Shown: positions 10,401 to 19,141 of the stretch, piece by piece | How positions within the stretch are numbered: position 1 is the stretch's first letter | Layout of the letters: the number at the start of each line of letters is the position of its first letter | Source: a virus | Length of the DNA stretch: 64,000 bases | Virus record (IMG/VR): IMGVR_UViG_3300046786_000748 | Location: 1 to 64,000 of that record | Strand: one strand, 5' to 3' | Made by a program: the position numbers and the translations under genes | Notes under the pieces: model-generated | Database searches by the model: none | What the model was told of the DNA's origin: nothing | Seen by the model: the letters and a program-made list of their open reading frames with translations, nothing else

Positions 10401-13400
10401 GAAGCATAAAACGTTGATTGAGCTTTTGATGACCAAGAAGATGTTCCTTCAACATTGCCCTTCAAAGAGCCTGTGAAACTAACAGCGGTAATTCTACCAA
10501 CCGACGGGTTAATTGTCAGTGAAGTTGTTACAAATGAAGCTTGATAACTTGCGGTGTCAAAAACAAACTGTATGTAAGCTGTTTGATTTGATCCAGTAGT
10601 TTGTACTAAAATAGTATCCGAATGCGTAGAACTCGATGCGTAACTAGCAGATTCCGCAAACAGAGCATAACTTGCAGTTCTAGCTAATTCTGCAAAATAA
10701 GCGTAACTTGCGGTTTCAACCGAAGTATTAATTCCACCGGAAATATAACTTGCTGTCAGTGCATAACTGGCTGACAATGCGTAACTGGCTGACAATGCGT
10801 AACTTGAACTAAAACTTGCTGAACTCCAAGAAGCGGAAACGGCCCAGAATGATTGTGAAGCAAAAAATGAGTTTTGAGCTCTATGAGTGTAACTTGAAGT
10901 TACAGATGTTAAACTTGCTGAAGATAAACTTGCTGATACAGCCCAGAAACTCTGAGAAGCAAAAAATGAGTTTTGTGCTCGGTGAGTATAACTTGAAGTT
11001 ACAGAACTTGAAGCCCACGAAGCTGATACAGCCCAGAAACTCTGTGAAGCAAACAAAGATCCCACCGTTTTTTCGGACCAGGAAGAAGTACCAATTGTAT
11101 TGATTACAATAGTACCTGTCATATAACTAGAAGTTAAAGATATGATTGAATAAGAAGCGGTCTTATTTGTCTTAACAACCCCAAAGGAATCTATAACCAA
11201 AAGGTTATTATCAGTTGATGATTGTAATCCAGTAAATCTCACCGGATCTGACGAAGCAGAAACATGCAATAAATGTGATGGAGAAATGGTTCCAATGCCT
11301 ACATTGGATCTGAAATAAGAAGGACTTTCGTTAATTGAATAAAGAGCCCAGGATTGGCTAATTAAACCACTGCTTCCAGTTTGATCGGAATTAATGAAGA
11401 TACTATAAGCATTTTCAACCTCATTTGCGTTATTACAGAATGGAGTTACATGTAATCCATAAGCAGTACCAATTGTACCGCTGACATAAGACGTACTGGA
11501 ATTTAATCCAAACTGAGTCCTTATGCCGTAAATCTCGTTTAAATGACCTAAATGTTCAACGCCTAAAGTTGCGTTTAAATTCGCAACTATGAAGTGTCCG
11601 CTGTTGGTAATAGACATTGAAACCCAAGTTGTTCCTGGATCATTATTAAAAGCTTTCCAATAATAAGTTCCGTCACTATTTGCTATAAAAGCAGGGAATG
11701 TTTGAATAGCTACAGAATCTTGGTTGTATTCCAATCCTCTTACTTCAAACAACGAGTCAACATTAAATGCATTTATGCCAACGTTTTGACCGACGTTGCT
11801 TATAGAAGATGTTCTGGTGAGTCTATTTCCAACCCATTTTGGAATGAAATTATCAGCACCTTCACCAATATATTCAACTTCTCTTGCTAAACTTGCACTT
11901 ACAGAACTTGAAGCCCAACTTGCTGATGTAGCCCACCTTGATTGTGAAGCAAATATAGAGTTTTGAGCTCGATGTGTATAACTTGACGTTATAGAAGTTA
12001 AACTTGAAGATGCCCATGAAGCTGAAATAGCCCAACGAGATTGTGAAGCAAATAATGCGTTCTGAGCACCATGAACATAACTTGCTGTTAAACTTGCTGA
12101 AGCCCAACTTGCGGAAATAGCCCATCTTGATTGGGAAGCAAAGAATGAGTTTTGGGATCCGTGGATATAACTTGCTGTTATAGAATTAATGCTTGCTGAG
12201 GCCCAAGAGGATGATACAGCCCAACGTGACTGCGAAGCAAATATGCTATTTACAGAAGTTTCAGCATAACTTGCAGAAGTAGAGCCCGATGCGTAACTTG
12301 AAGAAATTGTATCGGTTTGATAAACTTGCGGAGGATAATACAACGTCATTTCAGCAACCGTAGCATAACTTGCTGTTTCAGAATTTAAACTTGAAGATGC
12401 CCACGAAGATGATACTGACCAGAAGCTCTGTGACGCAAACAGTGCATTTTGTGCTCCGTGAATATAACTGGATGTTACCGAGGTTAAACTTGATGAAGCC
12501 CAACTCGATGAAACGGACCATCGAGATTGTGAAACAAAAAATGCGTTTTGAGCTCTATGCGTATAACTTGATGTTATTGCTGTCAAACTTGAAGATGCCC
12601 AACTTGCTGATACAGCCCAGAAACTCTGTGAAGCAAAAAAAGCCGATTGAGCTTTTGATGCCCAAGAAGCGGTTCCAGTTGTATTTCCTAAATGAGAACC
12701 AGTAAGACTAACTGCCGTAATTCCGCCTACTGATGGATTAACAATCAAAGATGTAGTTACGTAAGTGTTTTGATAACTTCCGCTGTTTAACATAAACACA
12801 ATGTAAGATGTGTTGTTTGAAGCAGTTGTTTGAACCAAAATCGAATCGGACTTTGTTGACCCTGATGCGTAACTTGCAGATATTGCCCAATAAGATTGTG
12901 ACGCAAAGAACGTGTTTTGAGCTCTATGTGTATAGCTTGAAGTTTCAGATGTCAAACTTGCTGAAGCTAAACTTGCTGAAACTGCCCATAAACTCTGAGA
13001 AGCAAAAAATGAGTTTTGAGCTCTATGAGTGTAACTTGAAGTTACAGATGTTAAACTTGCTGAAGATAAACTTGCTGATACAGCCCAGAAACTCTGAGAA
13101 GCAAATAAAGCATTTTGTGCTCTGTGAGTATAGCTTGAAGTTATAGAAGTTAAACTCGATGAAGCCCAAGAAGCGGATGTTGCCCAACGAGATTGTGATG
13201 TAAACAATTGTTGAGTTAAACTTGGAGCCCAACTCGCTGATATAGCCCAAGACGATGTTCCAAACAAAGATCCTGTAGCAGTAATAACAGAACCGGTTTG
13301 TCTTACAAACGGTCCTGTTCCTGTTCCTATATATTCAGTTTCGGTTAAGTGATAATATTGACCGCTTTGACCGCCTTGAAGCCCTCTTAGATCGTTATGT

Positions 13401-16400
13401 CTTGTGATTAAAGGAGTTTCAATGTAGGAATAACTGGAAGTACCACTGTGATAAAGATTAATTGTTGTATTAACAACTGCGTTAGTATTACCAAAATAAA
13501 CAGCTACAATTCTATCGTTCAATGACATTGAAAATGCTGGTTGAATTGTAGTTGTTTCGTATAAAAATGGTGTTGTAGAATTAATCTCTTCCGATTGAAC
13601 TCTAAACAAAAACCGATATAAAGAAGACAAAACTAACGTTTCGTTGATATATGACGGTGTGGTAGCTTGAACGTATGACTGAGATGGGTTCAATACATTA
13701 GTAATCCAAAAACTTTGATTTGGTGTTTGAATTAACGTTGCTGAAAGAATGTTGGCTGTAGATCCTGTATCAGAAGGAACCAATGGCGATACATTAGTAA
13801 ATGAAGCTGTTCTAAATATTCCTGATCCTGTTATAGATACTGATCCTGTTATCAATTCTGTTGCACGATCAATTCTTGTATAAATGTAACTTGCGTTTAC
13901 AACTGAATCTGTCGAAGCATACGTGTGAAATTTCCAAATACCAGAATCAATATTTCCAACAATTATAGGAGACAAATATTTTTCAATGAAAGATATTTCT
14001 CCATTAACTACAGTAACCGTATCAATTTCTTGATCTAATAACGATGGGAATGGAGATAATGTTTCGTTGCCGCCAAACGTTGAAGTACCATCCAAATAAT
14101 AATTGACAGATGATCCAGCCGATGTATTACCTACTTGTTGGTTAATCCATTCAATACCATTCCACCCCAAGAAATCATTTACTACAGGACTTGTAATAGT
14201 TACATCTGTAAGTTCATCTAATGATGGAGGAGGAGCATGACTTGCTGATGTCGAAGAGTTAGCAAGAATTGAAAAATCTGAATAACTAGATGAAATGGAA
14301 CTACTGGCCCAACTGGCTGATACAGCCCAAAAACTTTGTGAAGCAAATAACCCAGAAACCGCATTAATAGTCCAACTTGAAGTTCCAATTGTATTTCCAA
14401 TTAAAGTTCCACTTACATAGCTTGCACTTATAGAAGCAAAAGAGCTTGATGCCCAACTTGATGATACAGCCCAAATCGATTGCGAAGCAAAAACTGCATT
14501 TTGAGTTTTATGCGTATAACTTGAAGTTATACTTGAAGAAGCAAATAATGACCCTTGTGCTCGATGAGTGTAACTTGAAGTTATAGAACTTGAAGCCCAA
14601 GAAGCGGATACAGCCCAGAAACTCTGTGAAGCAAAAAATGAAGATTGAGCTTTTTCAGAATAACTCGACGACAATGAACGAGAAGCCCAAGAAGCGGAAC
14701 TAATAAACGTTAAAGATTGAGTTACATTATAATAAATGTAAGAGAAGAAACTTCCTGTTTCACAATATGAAGCAGTAGATGAGTTTAAAGCATAACTTGC
14801 AGAATATGCATAACTGGAACTAAACGATTGACTTGCCCAACTAGAACTGTTTGATAGTAAAGAATAACTACTTACACTGGATGTATCGGAATAATTAGCA
14901 GTTAAACTTGAGGAAGCCCAACTTGCTGAAATAGCCCAGTGAGATTGAGAAGCAAAAACCGCATTCTCGGCCTTATGTATGTAACTTGAGGTTTCAGAAG
15001 TTATGCTTGATGATGCTAAACTTGATGAAACAGACCACAAACTTTGTGAAGCATAAAATGCGTTTTGCGCTCGATGTGCATAACTTGATGTCACCGAGGT
15101 TAAACTTGCCGATGCTAAACTTGATGAAATAGACCAAAACGATTGAGAAGCAAAAACTGCATTTTGAGCTTTATGAGTATAACTTGAACTTAAACTAGAC
15201 GACGCCCAACTGGCTGATACAGACAATAATGACTGAGAAGCAAAAAATGCGTTTTGAGATCTATGTGTGTAACTTGAAGTTATAGAACTCGATGCCCAAC
15301 TGGCCGAAGTTGACCACAAAGATTGCGAAGCAAAAAACGAATTGATGGTGTTTTTGGCCCACGAAGAGGTTCCTTCAATATTGCCTTTCAAAGAGCCTGT
15401 GAAACTAACAGCCGTAATTCTACCTAACGATGGATTGACAGTTAAAGAAGTTGTTACAAATGAAGCTTGATAACTTGCTGTATTTAACACAAATTGTATG
15501 TAAGCTTTTTGATCTGATCCAGTTGTTTGAATTAACAAATTATCGGCATTGGTTGAACTCGATGCGTAACTAGCAGATTCAGCAAAATAAGCATAACTTG
15601 ATGTTCTAGCCAATTCAGCAAAATATGAATAACTAGATGTTTCAACAGATGTGTTTATTCCTCCGGAAATATAACTTGCTGTCAAACTTGAAGATGCCCA
15701 ACTTGCTGATACAGCCCAAAATGATTGTGAAGCAAAAAATGCGTTTTGAGCTCTATGTGCATAACTTGCTGTCACAGAACTTGAAGCCCAAGAAGCGGAT
15801 ACAGCCCAGAAACTCTGTGAAGCAAAGAACGAGTTTTGAGCTCGGTGTGTATAACTTGATGTTACAGAGATTAAACTTGAAGAAGCTAATGAAGCAGAAA
15901 CAGCCCAAAACGACTGCGAAGCAAACAAAGCATTTACAGATTTTTCAGACCAGGAAGAAGTACCAATTGTATTGATTACAACCGTTCCGCTTATATAACT
16001 GGATGTTAGAGATGATAACGAATAAGAAGCAGTTTTGTTAGTTTTAACAACCCCTTCTGAATCGATTACTAATATGTTGTCATCCGTCGATGAAACAAGT
16101 CCTGTTAACCTTAAAGGATTTGACGAAGCAGAAACATGCAATAAATGAGATGGAACATTCGTTCCTATACCTACATTGGCTCTGAAATAAGAAGGACTTT
16201 CGTTAATTGAATAAAGAGCCCAGGATTGACTAATTAAACCGCTACTCCCAGTTTGATCAGAATTAATAAAGATGCTATAAGCATTTTCAATTAAATTAGC
16301 ATTATTACAAAACGGTGTTATGTGTAATCCATAAGCAGTACCAATTGTACCACTGACATAAGATGTGCTGGAATTTAAACCGAATTGTGTTCTTATTCCA

Positions 16401-19138
16401 TACACTTCATTTATATGCCCTAAATGTTCTACTCCCAATGTCGCATTTAAGTTCGCAACTATCAGATGTCCGCTGTTAGTTGTAGACATTGAAACCCAAG
16501 TTGTTCCTGGATCGCTGTTGAAAAACTTCCAATAATAAGTTCCATCAACATTTGCTATAAAAGCAGGGAATGTTTGAATAGCTACAGAATCTTGGTTGTA
16601 TTCCAATCCTCTTACTTCAAATAAAGAATCTGCGTTAAATGCATTAACACCGATGTTTTGTCCAATATTACTTAGTGACGACGTTCTGGTTAATCTATTC
16701 CCAACCCACTTTGGAATAAAGTTATCAACACCGTCGCCTAAATATTCAACTTCTCGAGCAATGCTTGCACTTACAGAACTTGAAGCCCAACTTGCTGATG
16801 TAGCCCAACGAGATTGCGAAGCAAATAATGCATTTTGTGCTCCGTGAACATAACTTGCTGTTAAACTGGATGAAGCCCAAGAAGATGAAACCGCCCATCT
16901 TGATTGGGAAGCAAAGAACGAGTTTTGTGCTCGGTGAGTATAACTTGACGTTATAGTGGTTAAACTCGCTGAAGCCCAAGAAGATGAAACAGCCCATCTT
17001 GATTGTGAAGAAAACAATGCGTTTTGTGATCCATGAACATAACTTGCTGTATCAGAAGTTAAACTGGATGAAGCCCAAGAAGATGACACAGCCCAAAACG
17101 ACTGGGAAGCAAATAGTGAATTTTCAGCTACATCTGCATAACTTGCTGATGTTGAACCAGAAGCATAACTTGAAGAAATTGTATCAGCTTGAGGAGGGTA
17201 ATAAGAAGCTGAATCAGCAATTGTTGCATAACTTGAACTTAACGAATTCCAACTATAATCAGATATTGAAGACGATAAACTACTTGATGCCCATGAAGCA
17301 GAATCTATGAGAGTAAGAGATTGCGTTACGTTATAGTAAATGAAAGACGACCAACTTGCTGATTCTGCTAATGTTGCAAAACTAGATGATACACTACTTG
17401 AAGCAAAACTGGCTGAAACAGCCCATCTTGATTGAGAAGCAAAAACTGCATTCTCGGCTTTGTGAGTATAACTTGCGGTTATCGATGTCAAACTCGCTGA
17501 CGACAAACTGGCGGAAACAGCCCATCTAGATTGTGAAGCAAAGAATGCACCTTGGGACCGGTGTGCGTAGCTAGACGTAACTGTGGTTAAACTTGTTGAA
17601 GCCCACGAAGCCGATGTGGCCCAATTTGATTGCGAAGCAAAGAAGGCGTTTTGAACTACGTGTGTATAACTTGAAGTTACTGAGTTTAAACTTGCAGACG
17701 ACCAAGAAGCAGAAATAGCCCATAAACTTTGAGAAGCAAAAAATGCGGATGTAGCTATTTCTGAAACATGAGAATAAGAGGATGTTTCAGAATAACTTGA
17801 ACTTATACTTGATGAAGCCCAAGAAGCGGTTTCGGAAGACGCAACTTGAATATCAACATAAGAAGCTGTTTTGGCAAATTCTGAATAATCTGTATAACTT
17901 GCTGATAAAGCATAACTAGATGAAATTGCATAACTTGCTGTATCGGCCAGTTCAGCAAAGTATGAATAACTAGACGTTTCAACCGAAGTATTAATTCCAC
18001 CGGAAATATAACTTGCTGTTAAAACATAACTTGCTGTATCAGAAATTAAACTGGATGAAGCCCAACTAGCGGAAACAGCCCAAAAACTTTGTGAAGAAAA
18101 AATTGCATTTTGAGCTACATGAGTAAAACTTGATGTTGTTGAATTAAAACTTGTTGAAGTCCAACTAGCGGAAACAGCCCATAAACTTTGAGAAGCAAAA
18201 AATGCGTTTTGGGCTCTATGAGTATAACTCGATGTTGTTGAGTTAAAACTTGTTGAAGTCCAACTAGCAGATTTAGCGGATAAAGCAAAAACAGAATAAC
18301 TTGATGATAAACTTGAGGATGCCCAAGAAGCTGAACCTGCTGTAAGAGAAGCTGGTGCCCAACTAGCAGATATGGCTCGGCTTGCTGTTCCATAGAAATT
18401 CGAAATAGAGGAACTTACCCAATTATGAAAACTTTGAGTTATTAAAAATCCTAAAGAGTTTATTCCATCTAAAAGATCGGAGTTTTCAGCATAACTTGCA
18501 GAAGTTGATGATGAAGCATAACTTGCAGAAAGGCTGGTATCCGAATAATACGAATAACTTGATGTTTCTGAATAGATCGAATAACTTGATGTTACTGAAC
18601 CGGAAGAGAACGATGAAGAAAAGGATAAATCAGAAAAAGGAGCCCAAGATGCGGTTTCAGCATAACTAGACGATGTTGATGTGTCTGAACTTAATGCGTA
18701 ATCTGATGTTGTTGATGATGAAGCATAACTTGATGATATTCCGTGATAAGAATAGTTAGCAACCGAAGAACTTAAAGAACTAGAAGCCCATGATGCTGAA
18801 GTTACAGAAGTAAATGATTGAGTTACATTATAATAAATGTAAGAAAAGAAACTTCCAGATTCGGCAAACGATGCTGTATCTGAGTTTTTAGCATGACTGG
18901 CTGATAAAGCATAACTAGAACTAATAGCAAAAGATGCGGTTTCTACTTGCCAATGTGCATTGGTTATACCATCAACTAACCTATAAGTCTTGTTTTCCGA
19001 TGTAACATAACAAGGTAATCCGATAAATCGAGACGTTGGCGGGATATTGTTTCGTGAAGACAGATCCGGCATCAACGATCTACTATCAATCGGAGTAGCG
19101 TTTGTAATCAGAAATCCATCTACTACACTAATGGGCAT
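7472..19138 (-). CDS. Giant Ser-rich repeat virion fibre/appendage protein (3888 aa)
   Basis: Uninterrupted 11.7-kb ORF; dozens of SSYTHRAQNAFFASQS(R/F)WAVSASWASSS units punctuated by globular domains and NVGIGT motifs; in a structural gene cluster. Confidence 0.75.
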   Translation of the reverse strand: MPISVVDGFLITNATPIDSRSLMPDLSSRNNIPPTSRFIGLPCYVTSENKTYRLVDGITNAHWQVETASFAISSSYALSASHAKNSDTASFAESGSFFSYIYYNVTQSFTSVTSASWASSSLSSSVANYSYHGISSSYASSSTTSDYALSSDTSTSSSYAETASWAPFSDLSFSSSFSSGSVTSSYSIYSETSSYSYYSDTSLSASYASSSTSASYAENSDLLDGINSLGFLITQSFHNWVSSSISNFYGTASRAISASWAPASLTAGSASWASSSLSSSYSVFALSAKSASWTSTSFNSTTSSYTHRAQNAFFASQSLWAVSASWTSTSFNSTTSSFTHVAQNAIFSSQSFWAVSASWASSSLISDTASYVLTASYISGGINTSVETSSYSYFAELADTASYAISSSYALSASYTDYSEFAKTASYVDIQVASSETASWASSSISSSYSETSSYSHVSEIATSAFFASQSLWAISASWSSASLNSVTSSYTHVVQNAFFASQSNWATSASWASTSLTTVTSSYAHRSQGAFFASQSRWAVSASLSSASLTSITASYTHKAENAVFASQSRWAVSASFASSSVSSSFATLAESASWSSFIYYNVTQSLTLIDSASWASSSLSSSISDYSWNSLSSSYATIADSASYYPPQADTISSSYASGSTSASYADVAENSLFASQSFWAVSSSWASSSLTSDTASYVHGSQNALFSSQSRWAVSSSWASASLTTITSSYTHRAQNSFFASQSRWAVSSSWASSSLTASYVHGAQNALFASQSRWATSASWASSSVSASIAREVEYLGDGVDNFIPKWVGNRLTRTSSLSNIGQNIGVNAFNADSLFEVRGLEYNQDSVAIQTFPAFIANVDGTYYWKFFNSDPGTTWVSMSTTNSGHLIVANLNATLGVEHLGHINEVYGIRTQFGLNSSTSYVSGTIGTAYGLHITPFCNNANLIENAYSIFINSDQTGSSGLISQSWALYSINESPSYFRANVGIGTNVPSHLLHVSASSNPLRLTGLVSSTDDNILVIDSEGVVKTNKTASYSLSSLTSSYISGTVVINTIGTSSWSEKSVNALFASQSFWAVSASLASSSLISVTSSYTHRAQNSFFASQSFWAVSASWASSSVTASYAHRAQNAFFASQSFWAVSASWASSSLTASYISGGINTSVETSSYSYFAELARTSSYAYFAESASYASSSTNADNLLIQTTGSDQKAYIQFVLNTASYQASFVTTSLTVNPSLGRITAVSFTGSLKGNIEGTSSWAKNTINSFFASQSLWSTSASWASSSITSSYTHRSQNAFFASQSLLSVSASWASSSLSSSYTHKAQNAVFASQSFWSISSSLASASLTSVTSSYAHRAQNAFYASQSLWSVSSSLASSSITSETSSYIHKAENAVFASQSHWAISASWASSSLTANYSDTSSVSSYSLLSNSSSWASQSFSSSYAYSASYALNSSTASYCETGSFFSYIYYNVTQSLTFISSASWASRSLSSSYSEKAQSSFFASQSFWAVSASWASSSITSSYTHRAQGSLFASSSITSSYTHKTQNAVFASQSIWAVSSSWASSSFASISASYVSGTLIGNTIGTSSWTINAVSGLFASQSFWAVSASWASSSISSSYSDFSILANSSTSASHAPPPSLDELTDVTITSPVVNDFLGWNGIEWINQQVGNTSAGSSVNYYLDGTSTFGGNETLSPFPSLLDQEIDTVTVVNGEISFIEKYLSPIIVGNIDSGIWKFHTYASTDSVVNASYIYTRIDRATELITGSVSITGSGIFRTASFTNVSPLVPSDTGSTANILSATLIQTPNQSFWITNVLNPSQSYVQATTPSYINETLVLSSLYRFLFRVQSEEINSTTPFLYETTTIQPAFSMSLNDRIVAVYFGNTNAVVNTTINLYHSGTSSYSYIETPLITRHNDLRGLQGGQSGQYYHLTETEYIGTGTGPFVRQTGSVITATGSLFGTSSWAISASWAPSLTQQLFTSQSRWATSASWASSSLTSITSSYTHRAQNALFASQSFWAVSASLSSASLTSVTSSYTHRAQNSFFASQSLWAVSASLASASLTSETSSYTHRAQNTFFASQSYWAISASYASGSTKSDSILVQTTASNNTSYIVFMLNSGSYQNTYVTTSLIVNPSVGGITAVSLTGSHLGNTTGTASWASKAQSAFFASQSFWAVSASWASSSLTAITSSYTHRAQNAFFVSQSRWSVSSSWASSSLTSVTSSYIHGAQNALFASQSFWSVSSSWASSSLNSETASYATVAEMTLYYPPQVYQTDTISSSYASGSTSASYAETSVNSIFASQSRWAVSSSWASASINSITASYIHGSQNSFFASQSRWAISASWASASLTASYVHGAQNALFASQSRWAISASWASSSLTSITSSYTHRAQNSIFASQSRWATSASWASSSVSASLAREVEYIGEGADNFIPKWVGNRLTRTSSISNVGQNVGINAFNVDSLFEVRGLEYNQDSVAIQTFPAFIANSDGTYYWKAFNNDPGTTWVSMSITNSGHFIVANLNATLGVEHLGHLNEIYGIRTQFGLNSSTSYVSGTIGTAYGLHVTPFCNNANEVENAYSIFINSDQTGSSGLISQSWALYSINESPSYFRSNVGIGTISPSHLLHVSASSDPVRFTGLQSSTDNNLLVIDSFGVVKTNKTASYSIISLTSSYMTGTIVINTIGTSSWSEKTVGSLFASQSFWAVSASWASSSVTSSYTHRAQNSFFASQSFWAVSASLSSASLTSVTSSYTHRAQNSFFASQSFWAVSASWSSASFSSSYALSASYALSASYALTASYISGGINTSVETASYAYFAELARTASYALFAESASYASSSTHSDTILVQTTGSNQTAYIQFVFDTASYQASFVTTSLTINPSVGRITAVSFTGSLKGNVEGTSSWSSKAQSTFYASQSFWSVSASWASSSVTSSYAHRAQNSFFASQSFWAVSASWASQSLTTVTSSYTHKAENAVFASSSATASYIHSAQNAFFASQSRWATSASWASSSVTSSYTHRSQNTFYASQSLWSVSSSFASSSVTASYIGEGVNNFVPYWTNNTLAPISNIYTDAYYTVISSSVDFVKDGNLRVRLFGPNDPSGPVINFYAGGGTVINPTQLLSGSYIGQIGFWGHNGNTYQPLAGFKAYADSDISESMSNTSLLFFVREFGSDGVKEVYRISSSGDILFATGSKTIFAVDGRPIDLIGTSSWARNSITASYVSGGVIINNIIGTSSWSEKTVGSLFASQSFWAVSASWASSSLSSSYTHKSENAVFASQSRWAVSASWASASLISVTSSYTHRAQNALFASQSFWAISSSLASSSLTSITSSYTHRAQNAFFASQSRWATSASWASSSTSASWASTCISASYSSYIYYNVTESITFISTASWASSSLTSSHLKNEGGDVWFEGNLMGTQLGSGLNPVSQVFVDFLNVEQIQSITIDPLLIVTNTQFMGSILGRLTGSLQGTASWAEESVISYTSLYASQSQWSVSSSYASSSTTATNLGLTVYNISVLFASQSFWAVSASFASGSVTSSYTHRSQNTFYSSQSLWAISASWASSSRTSDLGLIQSTGSNATAYLTFVLNTGSYQNTYTTTSLTVNPVLGRITAVSLTGSHLGNTIGTASWSSKTQNSFFASQSFWAVSASWASSSFSASFARNSISASYSDSGSYFSYIYYNVTQSLTNILTASYASGSTSSSYSLSSSYALTASYASSAFYAVTSSYSFFAELARTSSYVVSSSYALSSSYALTASYARNVDIAGGFIKFGSKTLSLTTASYTNVLTVNMDDHDSAWVKITLHGNWDGHGSVGFNSEYFLQTDSASPTKTPGAILRQDNNNFNGHKILSKIPDPAGVHPRNLNIEMILEGDNDMSSVNMIYEVRGLFNSIT
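10420..17200 (-). repeat. Large internal duplication in the 3888-aa gene (approx. 10420-12330 and 15340-17200)
   Basis: AREVEY.G.G.DNFIPKWVGNRLTRTSS...VKTNKTASYS domain present twice; DNA anchors 11901/16773 and 11089/15961 both give offset 4872 nt. Confidence 0.85.
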
Positions 19139-19141
19139 AGG

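Noticed and set aside
8337-18393. Many short ORF-track entries overlapping the giant gene (for example 10816-11103, 12370-12705, 15637-15975)
   Set aside because: Shadow frames of the repetitive coding sequence with no independent start signals or motifs
7900-18900. Regularly recurring DNA repeats resembling a CRISPR array
   Set aside because: Repeats are degenerate at third codon positions, in frame within one ORF and lack unique spacers; they are protein repeats
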